Source: Podarcis erhardii (taxonomy: Eukaryota). Taken from it: DNA of 63,857 nucleotides. The stretch lies in assembly GCA_964252035.1 (NCBI GenBank), contig OZ176202.1; one strand, 5' to 3'. A program made the position numbers and the translations under genes. Shown piece after piece: positions 10,909 to 25,239 of this stretch; position 1 is the first letter of the stretch, and every line of letters begins with the position of its first letter. Under the pieces are notes generated by a model, which did no database searches, was not told the origin of the DNA, and saw only the letters and a program-made list of their open reading frames with translations.

Positions 10909-13900
10909 TGTTTTTAAAACATTATTCACATGTAAAATATGGACTGAAGCAAAATCAGTAATCAGAGGAAAGGGGTTGGCTTCAATGTGCTCAGCAACTG
11001 TGTGGGAAATGATTATACCACAACCCACTGTGGTAGGCTGATGTGTGGAGATAAAGGCCCAAACTAAACATCAGACACAAACAGCAGCTGCTGGTGGGTG
11101 GTTGATATTTATCAGGATTGAAGCAGCCAGGGAGAAGAGATTCTTAACTCTTTCCTTCCCTGTAATCACAATCTGAATCTGCTATTTGCACTGGAAGAAA
11201 ATTACTTCCGTTAGCAGCTGCGAGTGCCAAGTTTGGCCTAAGGATAATGAATACGGGGCTCTTATACAACAATATTCAGGGGAAAGTTTAAAAGAAATTT
11301 CTCAAATTTTATGAATCTGTACTATCCTACAGATTAAATTTAGTCTGTGGATGGTCTCAAATTCACCTTTGTCACTGCAGGCCCAGGTAGCCTCTTTAGC
11401 AGTTTAGACCCTGCATGACAGAAAAAAGTTATCCTGTCCCTGGTAATGTCTAGAACTGACTATTGGTAACTTTTTGTAAATGGTCTGCCTTTGAAAACTA
11501 TTTGGCAAATGCCCTTGGTGCAGAATGCAGATTCCAGGTTACTGTCACTGGTTGTTTTGAACATACCACACCAATACTTAAAGAACTTCAGTGGCTGCCA
11601 GTCACTTCTTATTTTTTTTTAAATAGTTTTTTGTGTGTGTTTCTGAACCCAATTCAAAGATCTGGCCTTTGCTTTTATAGTTCTATGTGGCTTGAGGTGC
11701 AGCTACCTGTATTAATTCTTATTCCTCTGTCAACCAATCTGTGAATTGAGGAAACCTTCAGCGGCTCTCCTAGCAGAAGCCTCAACATGAAAGGCAACTA
11801 GAGAGAGGTCCTTCAGGATTGTGACACTTGGTTCCTGGAACTCCCTCTACAGAAACAAATGTTATCATAATTTTGGTGCCAGGGAAATATGTCGTTATAT
11901 ATTCAGTCCTTTGCTTACACCGTTGCTTTAATATACTGTTATCTGAACCTTGTATTTTATTCAACTTCAGTAAACCACCCTGGAAACAACACCTAAGGAT
12001 AGTATACAAATCTTTCACAAGTAAACAAACATAGCAGGTTGATTGTAGGTGACATTCTCAGGGTCAGCTAATAGATACATAATTGTCATAAAGTTGACTT
12101 GCATGCATTCATATGGGAAGAAAATATGCATGAACTCAAAGCCCCTGAATTTCTGTTAACTAAAAAAAAGGTCAAAAGGGCTGTCTCAACTGTGATTGTG
12201 TTTAATCAGGTAACTACCAATTCACAGACTAGTTTCTTCATGTGATCATAGCCAGTTTGTTAAATTCTGTGGCACAATTCATGTGGTATGTATAAGTAGC
12301 CTCCAATATATTGTTAATTTCTAAATAAAACTGATCCAAATTTCAGTGCACTTATTTCCTATACCAAAGTAATTACATCACCATAAAATGAGTATTGTCA
12401 CAGACACAGAGATGTGAGATTCTGTAACATCTTATTTTATATTATAGGAATACTTTCCAATATAGTCTCCTTTGGAAAAAAACAGAATTACTCATCAAAT
12501 ATTCCCATCAGTCTCAATGGGACTACTCCAAGGTAAGCAGTTTAAGAATGATAAACTGACTGTGCTTATTCCACATTTATATTCCCACCCTTACAAGCCA
12601 TGTTTTTCATTATACAGTTCTCAAAATGGAAGGAAAAGGAAATGACAGAAATAAATGATTAAACAATAAGACAGGTATTTTTAAAATATAAAATAATTCC
12701 TTGAAAGGATAATCCTGCAAAATATTTTTGCAACTTTGAAATATTAAAAGGGGGGGGGGGGAGAAAGAGTAATGAAACTTGAAAAGTCTGAGATTTCTCA
12801 GTATCTTAATGCAAAGGAAGCTTAGTCAAAAACCAGTAAAGGATTAACTGTTACAACATACCGTTAGACAATGTCAGCAATAAAATAAAATACTTTAACT
12901 TCTCAGAAGTTTAATTCCACACATGATTTCTCTTATTCACCTTCTGGAGTTCTTCCAGGAGCCTAACCTAAAGCTCTCTCAATTGCTGGTAGTATTCAAA
13001 TTATAGGACATATAGAATATGTATGCATTGGTTGCTATGGGTATGTTATGGCGTCACTTGCTACAGATTCTACAAGACAGGAACATTCTTTCTAAACCCT
13101 ACTGAGAAAACCTCAAGACATGTTTTTATTTGGTATTCAAAACCACGGTACTTTTAAGTAATACCTCAATGGAATAGCTTGTGTCTGGAGGCAAAATTGA
13201 GGAATGGTAAAATATTCAGGTAATTTGATTTGCTGGGGCAAAATGGTGCAAGTCTCAGGGGTGATCAATATATTGTCCATGAACTGCACATAGGTCTTAA
13301 ACCACCTTTAGAGCATTCCCAGTAACTCCAGCTTTCATTTCAACACAAAAAGCTTGATAACTTTATAAAATGGTGTTCACAGTGTTCTTGAAAATGGATT
13401 TTAGTAAAACACCATGCGGGTCAAAATGTGATTTGGAAACAGTGGCATGATCAGACTTTTTCTACTTGGCATTGAGACTGCCCACTTAACAGTATAGTAC
13501 CATATTATAGTGTAATAATAAAAGTTTTGAATAGTGATGAATGGCATGGCTGAAAATTCTTTTCTGTGGTTCCTCCCTCTCAGCCCCCTCCCCTAAACAC
13601 CATACTTCAGATTTATAGTGTCACTTCAAGATATATTGCAAATCCCTCATTTTATTTTTGCTATCTGTCAATGAACTTGACTCACTATGGTGTTTTTTTA
13701 AAGAAAAAAACCTAAAATATTAAGATACTGCTTGGAGTTTTCAATATAAATCTTATACAATATATCATCTTACATAAATCGTATAACATTAAATATGGGT
13801 ATTAAGGTTGCATACTCACATTTAAAGCACATCCCCCCTCAAGAATCATTGGATCTGTTGTTTACCCCTCACAGCACTACAGTTCTCAGGATTCTCCTTT

Positions 13901-14859
13901 TGGGGGAGGTGGGGATGTACTTTAAATGCATAATGCATAAACAGCCAAAGAAACAGAACAGATGCTGCATTACAACAGTTCTGGAAAAGAAAGTATTAGA
14001 AGGAAATTCAGCTCCAGGTGACAAAAATAACTGTATATAAGAAAGGTAAAAAAATAAGGATTAGTAGAAGAGTAGTGTAATTTCTTTCCATATTTAAGCT
14101 TATGGAACAATGTCACTATGCATAGCAAACTCAAGTTAACAGTTACACATTTTAACTTGGATGTTTTTATCACCCCTTTCCCTTCATGTTCAGTTGAAAC
14201 ATAAAGATGCTTATTGCATTTGCTGCTCTCTGTAGTTCAATCTATGGTTGCAGGAGTCTTTTTTGTGTAAGAAAGTTTGGCTTTACTGTCATTCCTTAGA
14301 CCTTCGTGAACCTCTAAAATATTACTAGACACTATCAAAAGTTGACACAGAGGTTTATTATAGACTTAAATGCTATGCTGATTCCTGGGCACGATGGCAA
14401 TGCCTTTGCAAAAGCAGTGATCCATGAACTTTCCATCTGGAAAGATCAACGTCTTTCCATCTGCACTCACAGGCTGCATGTCCCTTTCCTTGCATAATTG
14501 CAAATTTCAGAACTTTTCTTGACCAACACCCAAATATAGTATAGCTAACAATACAGCAACTCTAGTATTTATCTTTTCTTTAGTTGCTTGTGCCATATCT
14601 GCACAGTGGCATACATAAATGAAATGCTGCACAGAAGAGCATGCTATGTAGTATGCGCAAAGGTCGCAAGTGGCCATGGTTTTGCAGAGAAGGGATATAA
14701 GCTCTAACAAAGAAATCAGAGATACAATAATTTAAAAATTAGTTCATATTCTCTAAGGAAGCTTTGCTTGCTAGCTACTTAATACTGACTATATTAAGGT
14801 CCTCTCCTTTGTTGGTAGAGTAGAAAAAAGAAGATGACCCATCAAAAATTGAATTCTAC

Positions 14860-15009
14860 CTCTGTGTCAAGAAATCCAGTTGTACTCAGTGGTCTTTTTT
14901 CTTCCAGCACTACTGTAGTAGAATTTATAGCCCAATCTTTTACTAAATCTTTCTGGCTCTCGTTGATAACAGGCCTATTATAATCCTGGCTGTCATCCAC
15001 TCCAAAAAC
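14860..15009 (-). CDS. CEP170: CEP170 coding exon ([17 protein letters not shown]...FLDTE)
   Basis: Acceptor ttttattttcAG|GTT TTT and donor GAG|GTAGAA; 150 nt, phase 0 to 0. Confidence 0.95.
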
Positions 15010-15821
15010 CTGAAAATAAAACAAATAATCACACACATTAACTGAAAGCCTTCCCAATTAAATTAAATTTGAACGTATGGGTGGTCCTCTAACAAATCAG
15101 TTAGCCAGTTAAAAAAAGAACAGAAACTTGAATAGCTTGTTGTGAAGTGTAAATCTTGCCAACAATTTGCTATTAAAAATAGAGTTTTGCAAGCAGAACT
15201 GATATGTTCCAGTTCTAGGGAAGGTTCAAGTAAGTTAACTATTCTTATTTTTCTAATGTTAGACTAATATGAAAAGAAGAGGGATGACCTAACTGTAAAA
15301 ATAAAATAACTTCAAAATACTCTTTGAGGATTTTTCAAGCTTTTAATTTGTATATAAAGCTATGTTTATGCATTATTTGCTAGCATCATGTGGATTATAA
15401 AGATCTCATTGGGTTTAAGAAAAATGTAGTCACTCTTGATGTGACTCAATGTGCACAGTTACATATCAATTTACTTATGTTCCCTTAAAACGTGGTTAAG
15501 TGTGTGCATGCCTGCCTCAATTCAGCAGGCGAAAACAGCCCACAGCAAGGAAGCTACGATCAAGAGAAAACAATTATGCAAAAATCAATGGTAATTGACA
15601 AGAAGGGGGCATCAGTAAAGTGAGTATGAGGTGATGTTACTAGTAGAGCGAGTATGAGGTGATGCTGAAGACAGCTGCAGATTCCTTCTGCACTATGAGG
15701 AAAGATGTTAAAATACTTAAATTCTTAAATTTAAATTCTTAAATGACAGAAATAGATATAGTTATTTCTGTGTTTCTGTCATAGTACCAGCTTCCTTGTC
15801 CAACTTCCTCTACTTCACAGC

Positions 15822-17019
15822 GGGCTAGGGACAAAGGTAAGAGCTGTTTCCTAGTTCTGCTGGATCTCTCAGCGGCTTTTGATACAATCGACCATGACAT
15901 CCTTCTGCACTGTCTAGAGGAGCTGGGGGCACTGTTATACAGTGGTCCCGCTCCTTCCTCCTGGGCTGTGTCCAGAAAGTGGTGGTAGGGGATGAGTGTT
16001 CACTGGGCCCTCACTTGTGGGGTGCCTTAGGGTTCCGTCCTCTCCCCCATGCTTTTTAACATCTACATGAAGCCGCTGGGATAGATCATCAGGGGGTTTG
16101 GGCTGGGTGTCCATCAATATGTGGATGGTACCCAACTCTACCTCTCTTTTAAATCGGAACCAGTGAAGGCAGTGAAGGTCCTGTGTGAGTGTCTGGAGGC
16201 GGTTGGAGGATGGATGGCAGCTAATGGATTGAGGTTGAATCCTGACAAGACAGAAGTACTGTTCTTGGGGGACAGGGGGCAGGCTGGTGTGGAGGACTCC
16301 CTAGTCCTGAATGGGGTAACTGTGCCCCTGAAGGACAAGGTGTGCAGCCTGGCAGTCATTTTGGACTCACAGCTGTCCATGGAGGTGCAGGTAGATTCTG
16401 TGTCCAGGGCAGCTATCTACCAGCTCCATGGTACGCAGGCTGAGACCCTACCTGCCCGCGGACTGTCTCGCCAGAGTGGTGCATGCTCTAGTTATCTCCC
16501 GCTTGGACTACTGCAATGTGCTCTACATGAGGCTACCTTTGAAGGTGACCCGGAAACTACAATTAATCCAGAATGCGGCAGCTAGACTGGTGACTGGGGG
16601 CGGCTGCCGAGACCATATAACACCAGTCCTGAAAGACCTACATTGGCTCCCAGTATGTTTCTGAGCACAATTCAAAATGTTGGTGCTGACCTTTAAAGCC
16701 CTAAATGGCCTTGGCCCAGTACACCTGAAGTAGCATCTCCACCCCCATCGTTTTGCCCGGACACCAAGGTCCAGTGCCAAGGGCTTTCTGGCGGTTCCCT
16801 CACTGTGAGAAGCAAAGCTACAGGGAAACAGATAGAGGGCCTTTCTTGGTGGTGGCACCCGCCCTGTGGAACGCCCTCCTATCAGATGTCAAAAAGATAA
16901 ACAACTACCTGACATTTAGAAGACATCTGAAGGCAGATCTGTTTAGAGAAGCTTTTAATGTGTGACATTTTGATGTATTTTTAATCTTTGTTGGAAGCTG
17001 CCCAGAGTGGCTGGTACAA

Positions 17020-17067
<48 letters not shown>
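15822..17067 (+). mobile_element. L2-clade LINE, 5'-truncated and decayed RT (ORF2) fragment with (TTA)n tail
   Basis: LDLSAAFDTIDH, GVP*GSVLSPMLFNIYM, YVDGTQLY (degenerate YADD), LNPDKTEVL, SRLDYCN, LQLIQNAAARLV and LHWLPV motifs, with stops and frameshifts. Confidence 0.92.
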
Positions 17068-17289
17068 TCCAGATTCTACTTACCTTTAAAGCTCTGTTCA
17101 TGTGCTATCCATGCATAGAATATACATGTACATAACAAACTAGGGCCATGCTTCCTGCCCCTGAGGTATGCAGCTACAGCATGTGATGTTGGAAGGAGCA
17201 TGCAACATGACACCCCCCCCCATGTGTTGAATCCATGTCTGAGTAAGGCTCAATTGTTTCCATTAACTCATTCCTTCTTGTTGATGTTC

Positions 17290-17652
17290 TTCTTTCAGTT
17301 AAGCAGACTTCATCTCTCTGCTTATTTACCACCAGATAGGAGAATGCCCCTCCTACATTTTATTTCCCCTCTCAAGATGTTTCCAGAGCCACCACACAGT
17401 TTTCCCGGGTCATGTAGCCAGGATGACTAAACCGCTACTGGCGCACGGAGGACCATGACGAGTGCCAGAGCGCACAGAAATGCCGTTTACCTTCCTGCCA
17501 CAGTGGTACCTATTTATCTACTTGCACTGGCATGCTTTTGAACTGCTAGTGGGCAGGAGCTGGGACAGAGCAATGGGAGCTCACCCCGTCACAGCGATTT
17601 GAACCGGTAACCTGCCAATCAGCAAGCCCAAGAGTCTAGAGCCACCACCCCA
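17290..17652 (-). mobile_element. Sauria SINE, older decayed copy
   Basis: Shares gccgtttaccttcc...gtggtacctatttatctacttgcac...tttgaactgctag...gggagctcacccc with the 10.5-kb copy; boundaries approximate. Confidence 0.75.
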
Positions 17653-18692
17653 ATCTTAGATAATACTTTCTACAGAATGAAGTACAAGTAACAAAATAAC
17701 CTTTGTTATAAAGGATTCAATGATTTCTTAAATAAGGATTTCAGGCTGTATCCACTGCTGTCCATGCATGAGCAGAAGAAATTTCCACTCATGCAGTGGG
17801 CCTTTCACAGTCGTCTCTCCCTCCCCCCCCCCCTTACACAATCTCAAAATTTGCTCTGCAGGGCTGAGTGGTTATCCAGAGCAGATCAGGGTAGTGCTTG
17901 CAGGAGGAAGAGGAAGGTGAAGTTCCATTTTGTGAACTGAGAAGGCCATATTATGAGTCCTAGTACTCCTGGCATTCTCTGGTGATGGCACAACATAAAG
18001 GGCCTCCCAGACAGATCGAGTCTTCGGCAGAAAAGTAGAGGGAAATGATGCTAAAAATTAAAATGCATGGGATATATACTACTCAACCTTTTCACGCAAA
18101 TGTTTGACAAACCTGCAGTAACAATGAAAATGTTATTTTCAATCTGTTTTGCCTCTGAAAAAAATCAGCACATCAACATGTCTAAATATGATAAGAAGGA
18201 AAATTAACACTATGGTGTGGGCTTCCAATAGCTGCTTAAGCCAGTACAAGGAGCCTGGGTATCCCAGTAGATTTTCTTTTTATGGTTGTGTAACAGTGTT
18301 TTACTTTCTTGACAGCCAACTCCCTACCCCACCCCCAATATCACAGACTGCTTTTAGATCGTATAGGTTTCAGAAGAAGCTCACCAGATGCTATGAGGCT
18401 CTCTGAGAAAAACCCTGCCCTTGGATTCATGAAACTTATTACATTTGGATCCTGACCACCATTTTAAAGTGATATTTAACATACTGAAATAAATTATTTG
18501 TCTACAGACAAGTGCCATTAAACATTTAAGAAAAAGTAAAAGGGTACATGTTATTGAAGACTATTTTGGGAAAGATTCCTGAATACATTAAAAGTGAACA
18601 CAAACTATCTACTCTCTGTTTTTATAATTGTATAGTCTACTGTTCTTACCTGCCTTGGGACCTTATGGTGAGGGACAAGCAAGAAATCTTAT

Positions 18693-18732
18693 ACATACAT
18701 ACATACATACATACATACATACATACATACAT
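18693..18732. repeat. (TACA)n tetranucleotide microsatellite
   Basis: Seen directly. Confidence 0.9.
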
Positions 18733-18785
18733 ACTACAGTGCCCTAAGAAGTTGCATAAATTATTTTCTCTCATGTATACTTTCT

Positions 18786-19034
18786 GAAGAAGAAGAAGAA
18801 GAGTTTGGATTTGATATCCCGCCTTTCACTCCCCTTCAGGAGTCTCAAAGCGGCTAACATTCTCCTTTCCCTTCCTCCCCCACAACAAACACTCTGTGAG
18901 GTGAGTGGGGCTGAGAGACTTCAAAGATGTGTGACTGGCCCAAGGTCACCCAGCAGCTGCATGTGGAGGAGCAGAGACGCGAACCCGCTTCCCCAGATTA
19001 CGAGACTACCGCTCTTAACCACTACACCACACTG
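18786..19034 (-). mobile_element. tRNA-derived squamate SINE (Squam3-like) with (CTT)n tail
   Basis: Minus strand starts CAGTGTGGTGTAGTGGTTAAGAGCGGTAG...GGGTTCGCG (A and B boxes), has an L2-like 3' body (gagactcctgaaggggagtgaaaggcgggata) and ends in (CTT)n. Confidence 0.8.
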
Positions 19035-20396
19035 AATTATAAAGTTATACATATATGGGTATACAGTTCTCAGAAAAGATCCAGGTAAGAACACCTTGCA
19101 TACTGTGATCTGGTCCCAAGAAACTACACCAAAAGTCAAAAAGCCAAAGTGTGATTTAGACTTCAGTTTCAAAATATGTTTGCCATGTGACACAGGGGCA
19201 GGTATACTGTTCATGCAAAAGTGTCCACTGTAAAAAGCAGTTTGACATGGCATGGGGGGTCAGTTATTTAAAACAAAAAAAGTCAAAATTTCTACTTTGT
19301 GAAGCCCTCTCTGAGCATTCCCAGAGTAGCTCCTTGAATTGCAGATTAAGTTTTCTTTTCATTGTCTGGCAAAAGTAGTGGTAGTAAACTAGACTGAAAC
19401 AAACCAAAACAATCAATTGCTCAGGCCACAATCCTACACACACTTACTAGGAAGTTATATTATTGAAATATAATATAATTCTGATATAAATTTAAGATTG
19501 GGTTACCACTAATTCAAGTAGTTTGATACAGACCTGGCAGAAGTCCGTCATCAGCCAGATCAAATTGCCTCAGGACTCTCAGTTTAGCAAGCCTTTAGAA
19601 AATATGAAATTTCAACACTCACCTTCAGAACCTGCATGAGCCTTAGCATTGTAAACAAATGCACAACAGTGATGATGCAGCATTCCTCACACTATTTCAA
19701 GAATTCCAACAGGTCTTCTAACCCCAAAACCTATAAATCATTGCAAATAGTCTGCTCTGTTCTTCCACCACTGGTCATTCATCCTCTGTTGCTCATGATT
19801 ACTATTTCATGCCTCCACCTCAGCAATATTATTATGCTATGGCAGTTGAAAGTGGGCCGCCTAAGTCCTATTGTGAACAGGAGGTAATGGTAACTGTTGT
19901 GTGACTCACATATGTGTTGCTGCCTTTTAAGCCTTCTGGGGGGAAATTTGCTCCCTTCTGTTTATTTTTGTAGCTCATGCCTCAGTGTTCTCCTGGGCAT
20001 GCCTGATTATCTGCTTTGAGTGTGGGTGGTCTGGTTTTGGCTCTAACCCAGTTGCTACAACTTAGTATCAGAAGGGGTGATACATAACATCTAGATCTTT
20101 TTATATTGTTTTAATCTCATTAGGGTTTAATTACCTTTTAATGAATATCCTTTCTACACTTTAACATTTTCTATTTGATCTGTGTCATTGTATTTTTATC
20201 TGTAACTCACCTTGTAAAAAAGGTGGGGTGCAAATAAATATAATAATAACAACAATAACATCTAGAAGCCAGTTTCAGAAGGCAAATGGCTGCACTACTG
20301 TAAGACTAGAGAATTTTAAAAGTTTAAAAATGTTGAGTTTTATTGTGGATTACTTCCTTTCTGTGACCAATGCAAGAATAAGCCCATGCACCTAGG

Positions 20397-20700
20397 GTTG
20401 CCACATGGAAAATGGAGCAAGCTTGTTTTTCCCCACTCTAGAAACTAGAACCAATGGATTCAATTTACAAGAAAGAAGATTCCAATGAAACATAAGGAAG
20501 AACTTTCTGACAGTAACAGCTGTTCCACATTGGAAGGGCTCCCTCAGGAGGTGGTGGGTTCTTTTTCCTTGGAGGTTTTTAAGCAGAGGTTGGATGGACA
20601 TCTGTCATGTATGCTTAAGTTGAGGTTCCTGCATTGAAGGGAGTTAGGGCAGATGAACCTCAGGATCCCTTCCAACTCTACAATTCTATGATTTCATGAT
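20397..20700 (+). mobile_element. CR1 LINE 3' fragment
   Basis: Same ORF2 C-terminal and 3'UTR sequence as the copies at 392 and 860, ending ttctatgatttcatgat. Confidence 0.85.
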
Positions 20701-22659
20701 CTGGTGGTCTGCCACCACATTGTGCAATCCTCTTCTAGTTTTGTTTGAGAGTAGGTCACACTCCTAAAAACACATCAAACTAACAAGTTATTTGGAGGGA
20801 CCACAGCATGTGTACTTATGTTCTGTGAAGCAGGTGATAATGCCAGGGAAAGTGACCTAGAACTGCAGGATGAATTTAGGGTGCAAACCAGACAAGTGCA
20901 GTGAGGTCTGTGTTCTTTCAACCAGAAATCTCTCTCCAGCCAGCACAGTTTTCTTCACCTGTCATAAGCACAACTAGACAAACCAATAGGAATCTGGTAA
21001 GTGAAACTTGTAGGGAGACTGTAAAACACAGCTGAATCTAGGCTTTCAGCTTGCCACTCTCCTACTTGCTTAAGACAGGCAATAACTGCCCCCAGGCAAG
21101 CGGCCAAGTGGAAAACTGGACTTGCTTTTCTTTCCACCAGCAGAGCAGTTTTCTGCTGCAAAGGCAAATGCTGCACTCATATCTCTCTAATTCTTCTGCT
21201 CTCTGGATGCTGAATAGAGAAAACAAAGGGAGAGCCACAAATACACCCCACAGCATTACACTTAGTTTTCTTATCTGGGGAAATGCAACAGCACAGCGCC
21301 TGCACACACACCTCCTCACTGTTGGCATTAAAGACAACAGAGACAAAGAGAGTATAATGTTGTGTTGCTGTAGTTGGAGAAAAACACTGACTAAGTACCA
21401 ACCACCAGTGGGAACTCTCTCTACTGTATTGTTCAACTCTTCTATTTCTGTCACCCACATACAGATGGTATCCCCATCATCTTAAAATGTACATTTTAAC
21501 TTTAAATATTAATAAAGCAACACTGGTTTTTCTTTAAAAAAATCTCAATGAGCTCTTAAAACAATCAAGTATAAACATTTCTACCCCATATTTTGTTTAA
21601 TATCATTTCAAAAGTATTTCTGGGAACAATCCAAGGTCTTCACATCAGGGCCAACATTTGAAAATCAGTCACGTACTATGTTATGGGGATGGGTGATCAC
21701 TTCTGTTTCAGATAGTAAATTATAATAGTTGCTTGTTACTTTCCCTTTTCACTGAGGACACAAAACACACACTTCAATTGAGAACTGCAAAGTACACACT
21801 TTCAACATGCCACATTTTGTTATTGTTAAAATAATCTATTATGATGATCGTGAATTCCCAGTGTATTTCTCCTATGTAATAAACTCCTCAAGTGAATGAA
21901 AATTACTGGGACTTTAGAAGTGCACCTGATCTTGGGGCAGCAACTTGCTTTACGTTTTGTTCTTTGGTTCAAATACAATGCACGTTTCATTTATATATCG
22001 GTACCAGCTGAACATGGTGCATTCATTATTCACAGTGTTGTGTACTGAATTAACTTGAAAAGAACTGGGCTCCAACTTTATATGAAATTGTATCACGAAC
22101 AGCAGAAATTTAAAATGCATATGCATCATTTTCTTGACCTTTAACATGCTATTTATTCATTATTTCAACTTTTAGGCTGCCTTCTCATATAAATATATAA
22201 AAAGCAGTATGCAGTAAAGTAACATGTAATTAAGAATTACTCATCGGTTGAGGAATCATTAAAAATCACAAGTTCATACACTTTTACATAAAATAGCCAG
22301 AATACACAAATCTTTCAATCCAACACAATCAATTGAACCAATGTTTCCCACAAAGTGAAACATTCCTCTTGTATTTCCTGTTATCTGCAGTAGTAAGAAT
22401 TTATTCAGTTTCTCCAAGAGTGAATAATGGATATTTTATTTGGCATGATTCATTCCTGAAGCAACTGGTTCAAGTTTTGATCCAAAATAGGATACTGATG
22501 TGTTGAGTAATTTTAAAACAAAACAAAATATCTAGAGATCAAACGAAGTTCCTTTTCTTTGAAACAAAAAGAGGAGTCCATTTTCCTAGTCCTAAATCTG
22601 CTCACTTTGAAAATGAATGTAACATGGAAGTTACTTAATAAAACTTAATTAAATTGAAC

Positions 22660-22918
22660 TATAGTGGTATCTTGGGTTACAGACGCTTCAGGTTATGCAT
22701 TTTCGGGTTGCGCACCGTGCCAAACCCAGAAGTACCGGAACGGGTTACTTCCAGGTTTTGGCGCTCGCGCATGCTCAGAAGCATTAAATCGTGCTTTGTG
22801 CAGAAGCGCCAAATCATGACCCGCGTGTGCGCAGACACTGCGCTGCGGGTTGTAAACTCTGTGGGTTGCAAACGTGCCTCCTGCACGGATCACGTTCGCA
22901 ACCCGAGTTTCCACTGTA
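22660..22918. mobile_element. Tc1/mariner MITE, related subfamily, CpG-rich
   Basis: TA|TAGTGGTATCTTGGGTT ... AACCCGAGTTTCCACTG|TA termini; the interior differs from the other four copies. Confidence 0.8.
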
Positions 22919-24134
22919 CTGAATTAAAAAGATAAAAAAAGCTACAATTTAAAAACAATAAAAGAAATTGGATGCTTATTTAAAAGATATTTGCCATTTG
23001 AAATTTCAGTTAGATTATGCATCTCTTAAATTAAGTAACCTGGTTTAAAAAGGAAATGTGAATCAAATGTCAAGATTTTAATAATAATATTTTATCTATA
23101 GCTAAATTTGCCCATCATACCAAGGCATAGTTTAGCAGAACATGCATGAACTGGAAGAAGCCTGAGCGAGCCTTAGGCTCATGTGCTCCCCTCTCCTCCT
23201 ACCATGAGGCTGGGAGCCGGAGTTCAGAAGCTTTTGCTTTTAATTAGCCATCAAACTATTATTAACACAATCTAAAGCTGGTTTCAAACAACCCAATTTC
23301 AAACTGGTTTCTGAAGCTGGCTTGTTTAAACGAATTCTACAATACATAATTGGTGTAAACCAACACTCTAGATCTGGCTGACACAGCAAGCTATGGTTAA
23401 CCAAAAGTGGGACTGAAATGTTTTGGACGACTCCTCCCAACTGTGAGGAAAGGAGGAAACACATTAACCAGAAGATGGGTCAAGTTTGATGCAGCTGTCA
23501 TAATAAATTACAGTTTAGTATGACATGACCCTTGCCTGCATTTTGATGTAAAATTCTGAACCAAAACGTATCTGATTTGAGGTCAAGCATCATACTGGGT
23601 GGGGAGCACAGGCTTAGGAACCAAATGCTGCCCTCCGGTCCTCTCCATCCTGCCCCTGGGACTCTCCCCATGTCATGTCTGGCTTCCTTTGTAGGCCACA
23701 CAGACCCTCCTTGGGCAACACCCATTACTGGCCCTGATCCACATATCCCATGCTGTTGCATGACTGGAATATGTCATTAACTGTGATGATGCCTCTTGCC
23801 TGCCTGGATGAAGGCTACAGAGTATATGGAAAGGTGTGTGAAGAAACTTTTGACTTTTGCATGGCTGGGATTTAGTCCGCTGTACATGATGCTGAAAAAC
23901 AACAACACTGCTATGACTAATAAGTTCCAACCCCGGCTTCCAAACGTTCAAGGCTCTTAGGCTTCAGGTCTAAGATCCTGCTTAGTATCCTTACTATGTT
24001 CAGAGAAAGCTAAAGAGAAATCCTTCCCCAGTTCTCCCCTAAGCAGAAAGGACAAGCACCAGAAGGTTTGGTTTATGCTTTGGGGGCTAAGATAAAGTCT
24101 ACTGAGTTGTAAGCCAACTCAATAAACAAGTCTA

Positions 24135-24345
24135 GAATGTAAGAATGTAGGAACATAAGTGCCTGCTAGATCAGGCCAATGGGCCATCTAGTCTAGCATA
24201 CTGTTCTTACAGTGTCCAACCAGATGCCCATAGGAGATATGCAAAAAGGAGCTGAGCTCAACCACTCTCTGCCCACCTTTAATTCTCAGCAACAAGTATT
24301 CAGAGGCTTAATGCCTCTGACAGTAGAGGTGGAACATGTCTACTA
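24135..24345 (-). mobile_element. CR1-type 3' end remnant (second family)
   Basis: gaacataagtgcctgctagatcaggccaatgggccatctagtctagcat... resembles the reverse complement of a squamate CR1 3'UTR as I recall it; a similar remnant is at 55872-56055. Confidence 0.55.
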
Positions 24346-25239
24346 AGGATTAAGTCCTATTAGGATTAGAATTGCAGTCTAAATGGTTATAGGGATTATA
24401 GTATGCATGTTTAGGAAACTGTAACTAGCTCATTTTCTCACAAAATTATTTTTTATATATTCCTTGGGTTGCATCCAAATTTGGGAACCATGGGGATCTG
24501 CTTTTGCTAAACGAAGGGGAATGATTTTAATTTTTTTGGCCACTTCCTTCTCCTTGCAGCCCCCTGAAAATCTACTGTGGGTGGTCAGGGACCCTTGGGA
24601 GCAGCACAAGTGGTGGCCCTGCCAGTGGGCTGCAGAAGGTCAATATGGCCAATGCTCACAGCGCTAGTAGTCTCTTGTACCGTTGTTCATTGTGTATGTG
24701 AGGTCATCCATGGCTATCAAAAGGAGAGCTAGTCCAGTAAAGTTGCCAGGGAAAGAAAATAACACCAGGAGAGAAACTTCTGGAGGATGGCAGACTTCCT
24801 ATCTCTGCTTTAAATGGATATACTTGACCAAATTATTAAGGTTCTTTTTTTAAAGGGCGAGAGAAGAATCTTGCTAAATATTAGTGCTGAACTTTAATAG
24901 TTGCTTAAAAGTTTGTTTTATTACAAACTTGATACAAGACAGGTGGAGTATCGGGCTTCATTCTTTTCACTGTATAGCAGTCAACATGATTGGAAAATAG
25001 AAAAATCTGTTTAACACATAGTTTGTATGTACTCAAGAAGTCCGTTCAAAATACCCTTTTGTTGCCTAGTACATAGCTTGCAATGAGGGATAAAATACTA
25101 AGAGTTCAAAATGTGGCTTTAAAAATAATCTATTTTTAAAAACACCCTGATTTATTAGAATAATCGTAGTTACTAGGACCCCACCATAAACACCATGGAT
25201 TGGGGTTTTAACAATGGCACTCTTATTTAAATTGCTTAC

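Noticed and set aside
14507-14710. Short Cys-rich ORF with a strong-Kozak ATG (aaaccATGgcc) just downstream of an exon, plus a CCT|GTGAGT donor-like site near 14469
   Set aside because: There is no acceptor or promoter support and no recognisable homology; such motifs are expected by chance in a long intron.
15622-15745. Short direct repeats (gagtatgaggtgatg twice; ttaaattcttaaat twice), and a similar 17-bp duplication near 53890-53920
   Set aside because: Only two copies with no spacer periodicity; these are ordinary slippage duplications, not an array or CRISPR.
15935-16965. RT-like ORFs (154, 78 and 70 aa) as an expressed or domesticated gene
   Set aside because: They are fragments of one decayed L2, with stops, frameshifts and YADD mutated to YVDG.
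10530-19034. tRNA-like A/B boxes at about 10830-10900 and 18990-19034 as tRNA genes
   Set aside because: They are the heads of SINEs, followed by LINE-derived bodies and simple-repeat tails.
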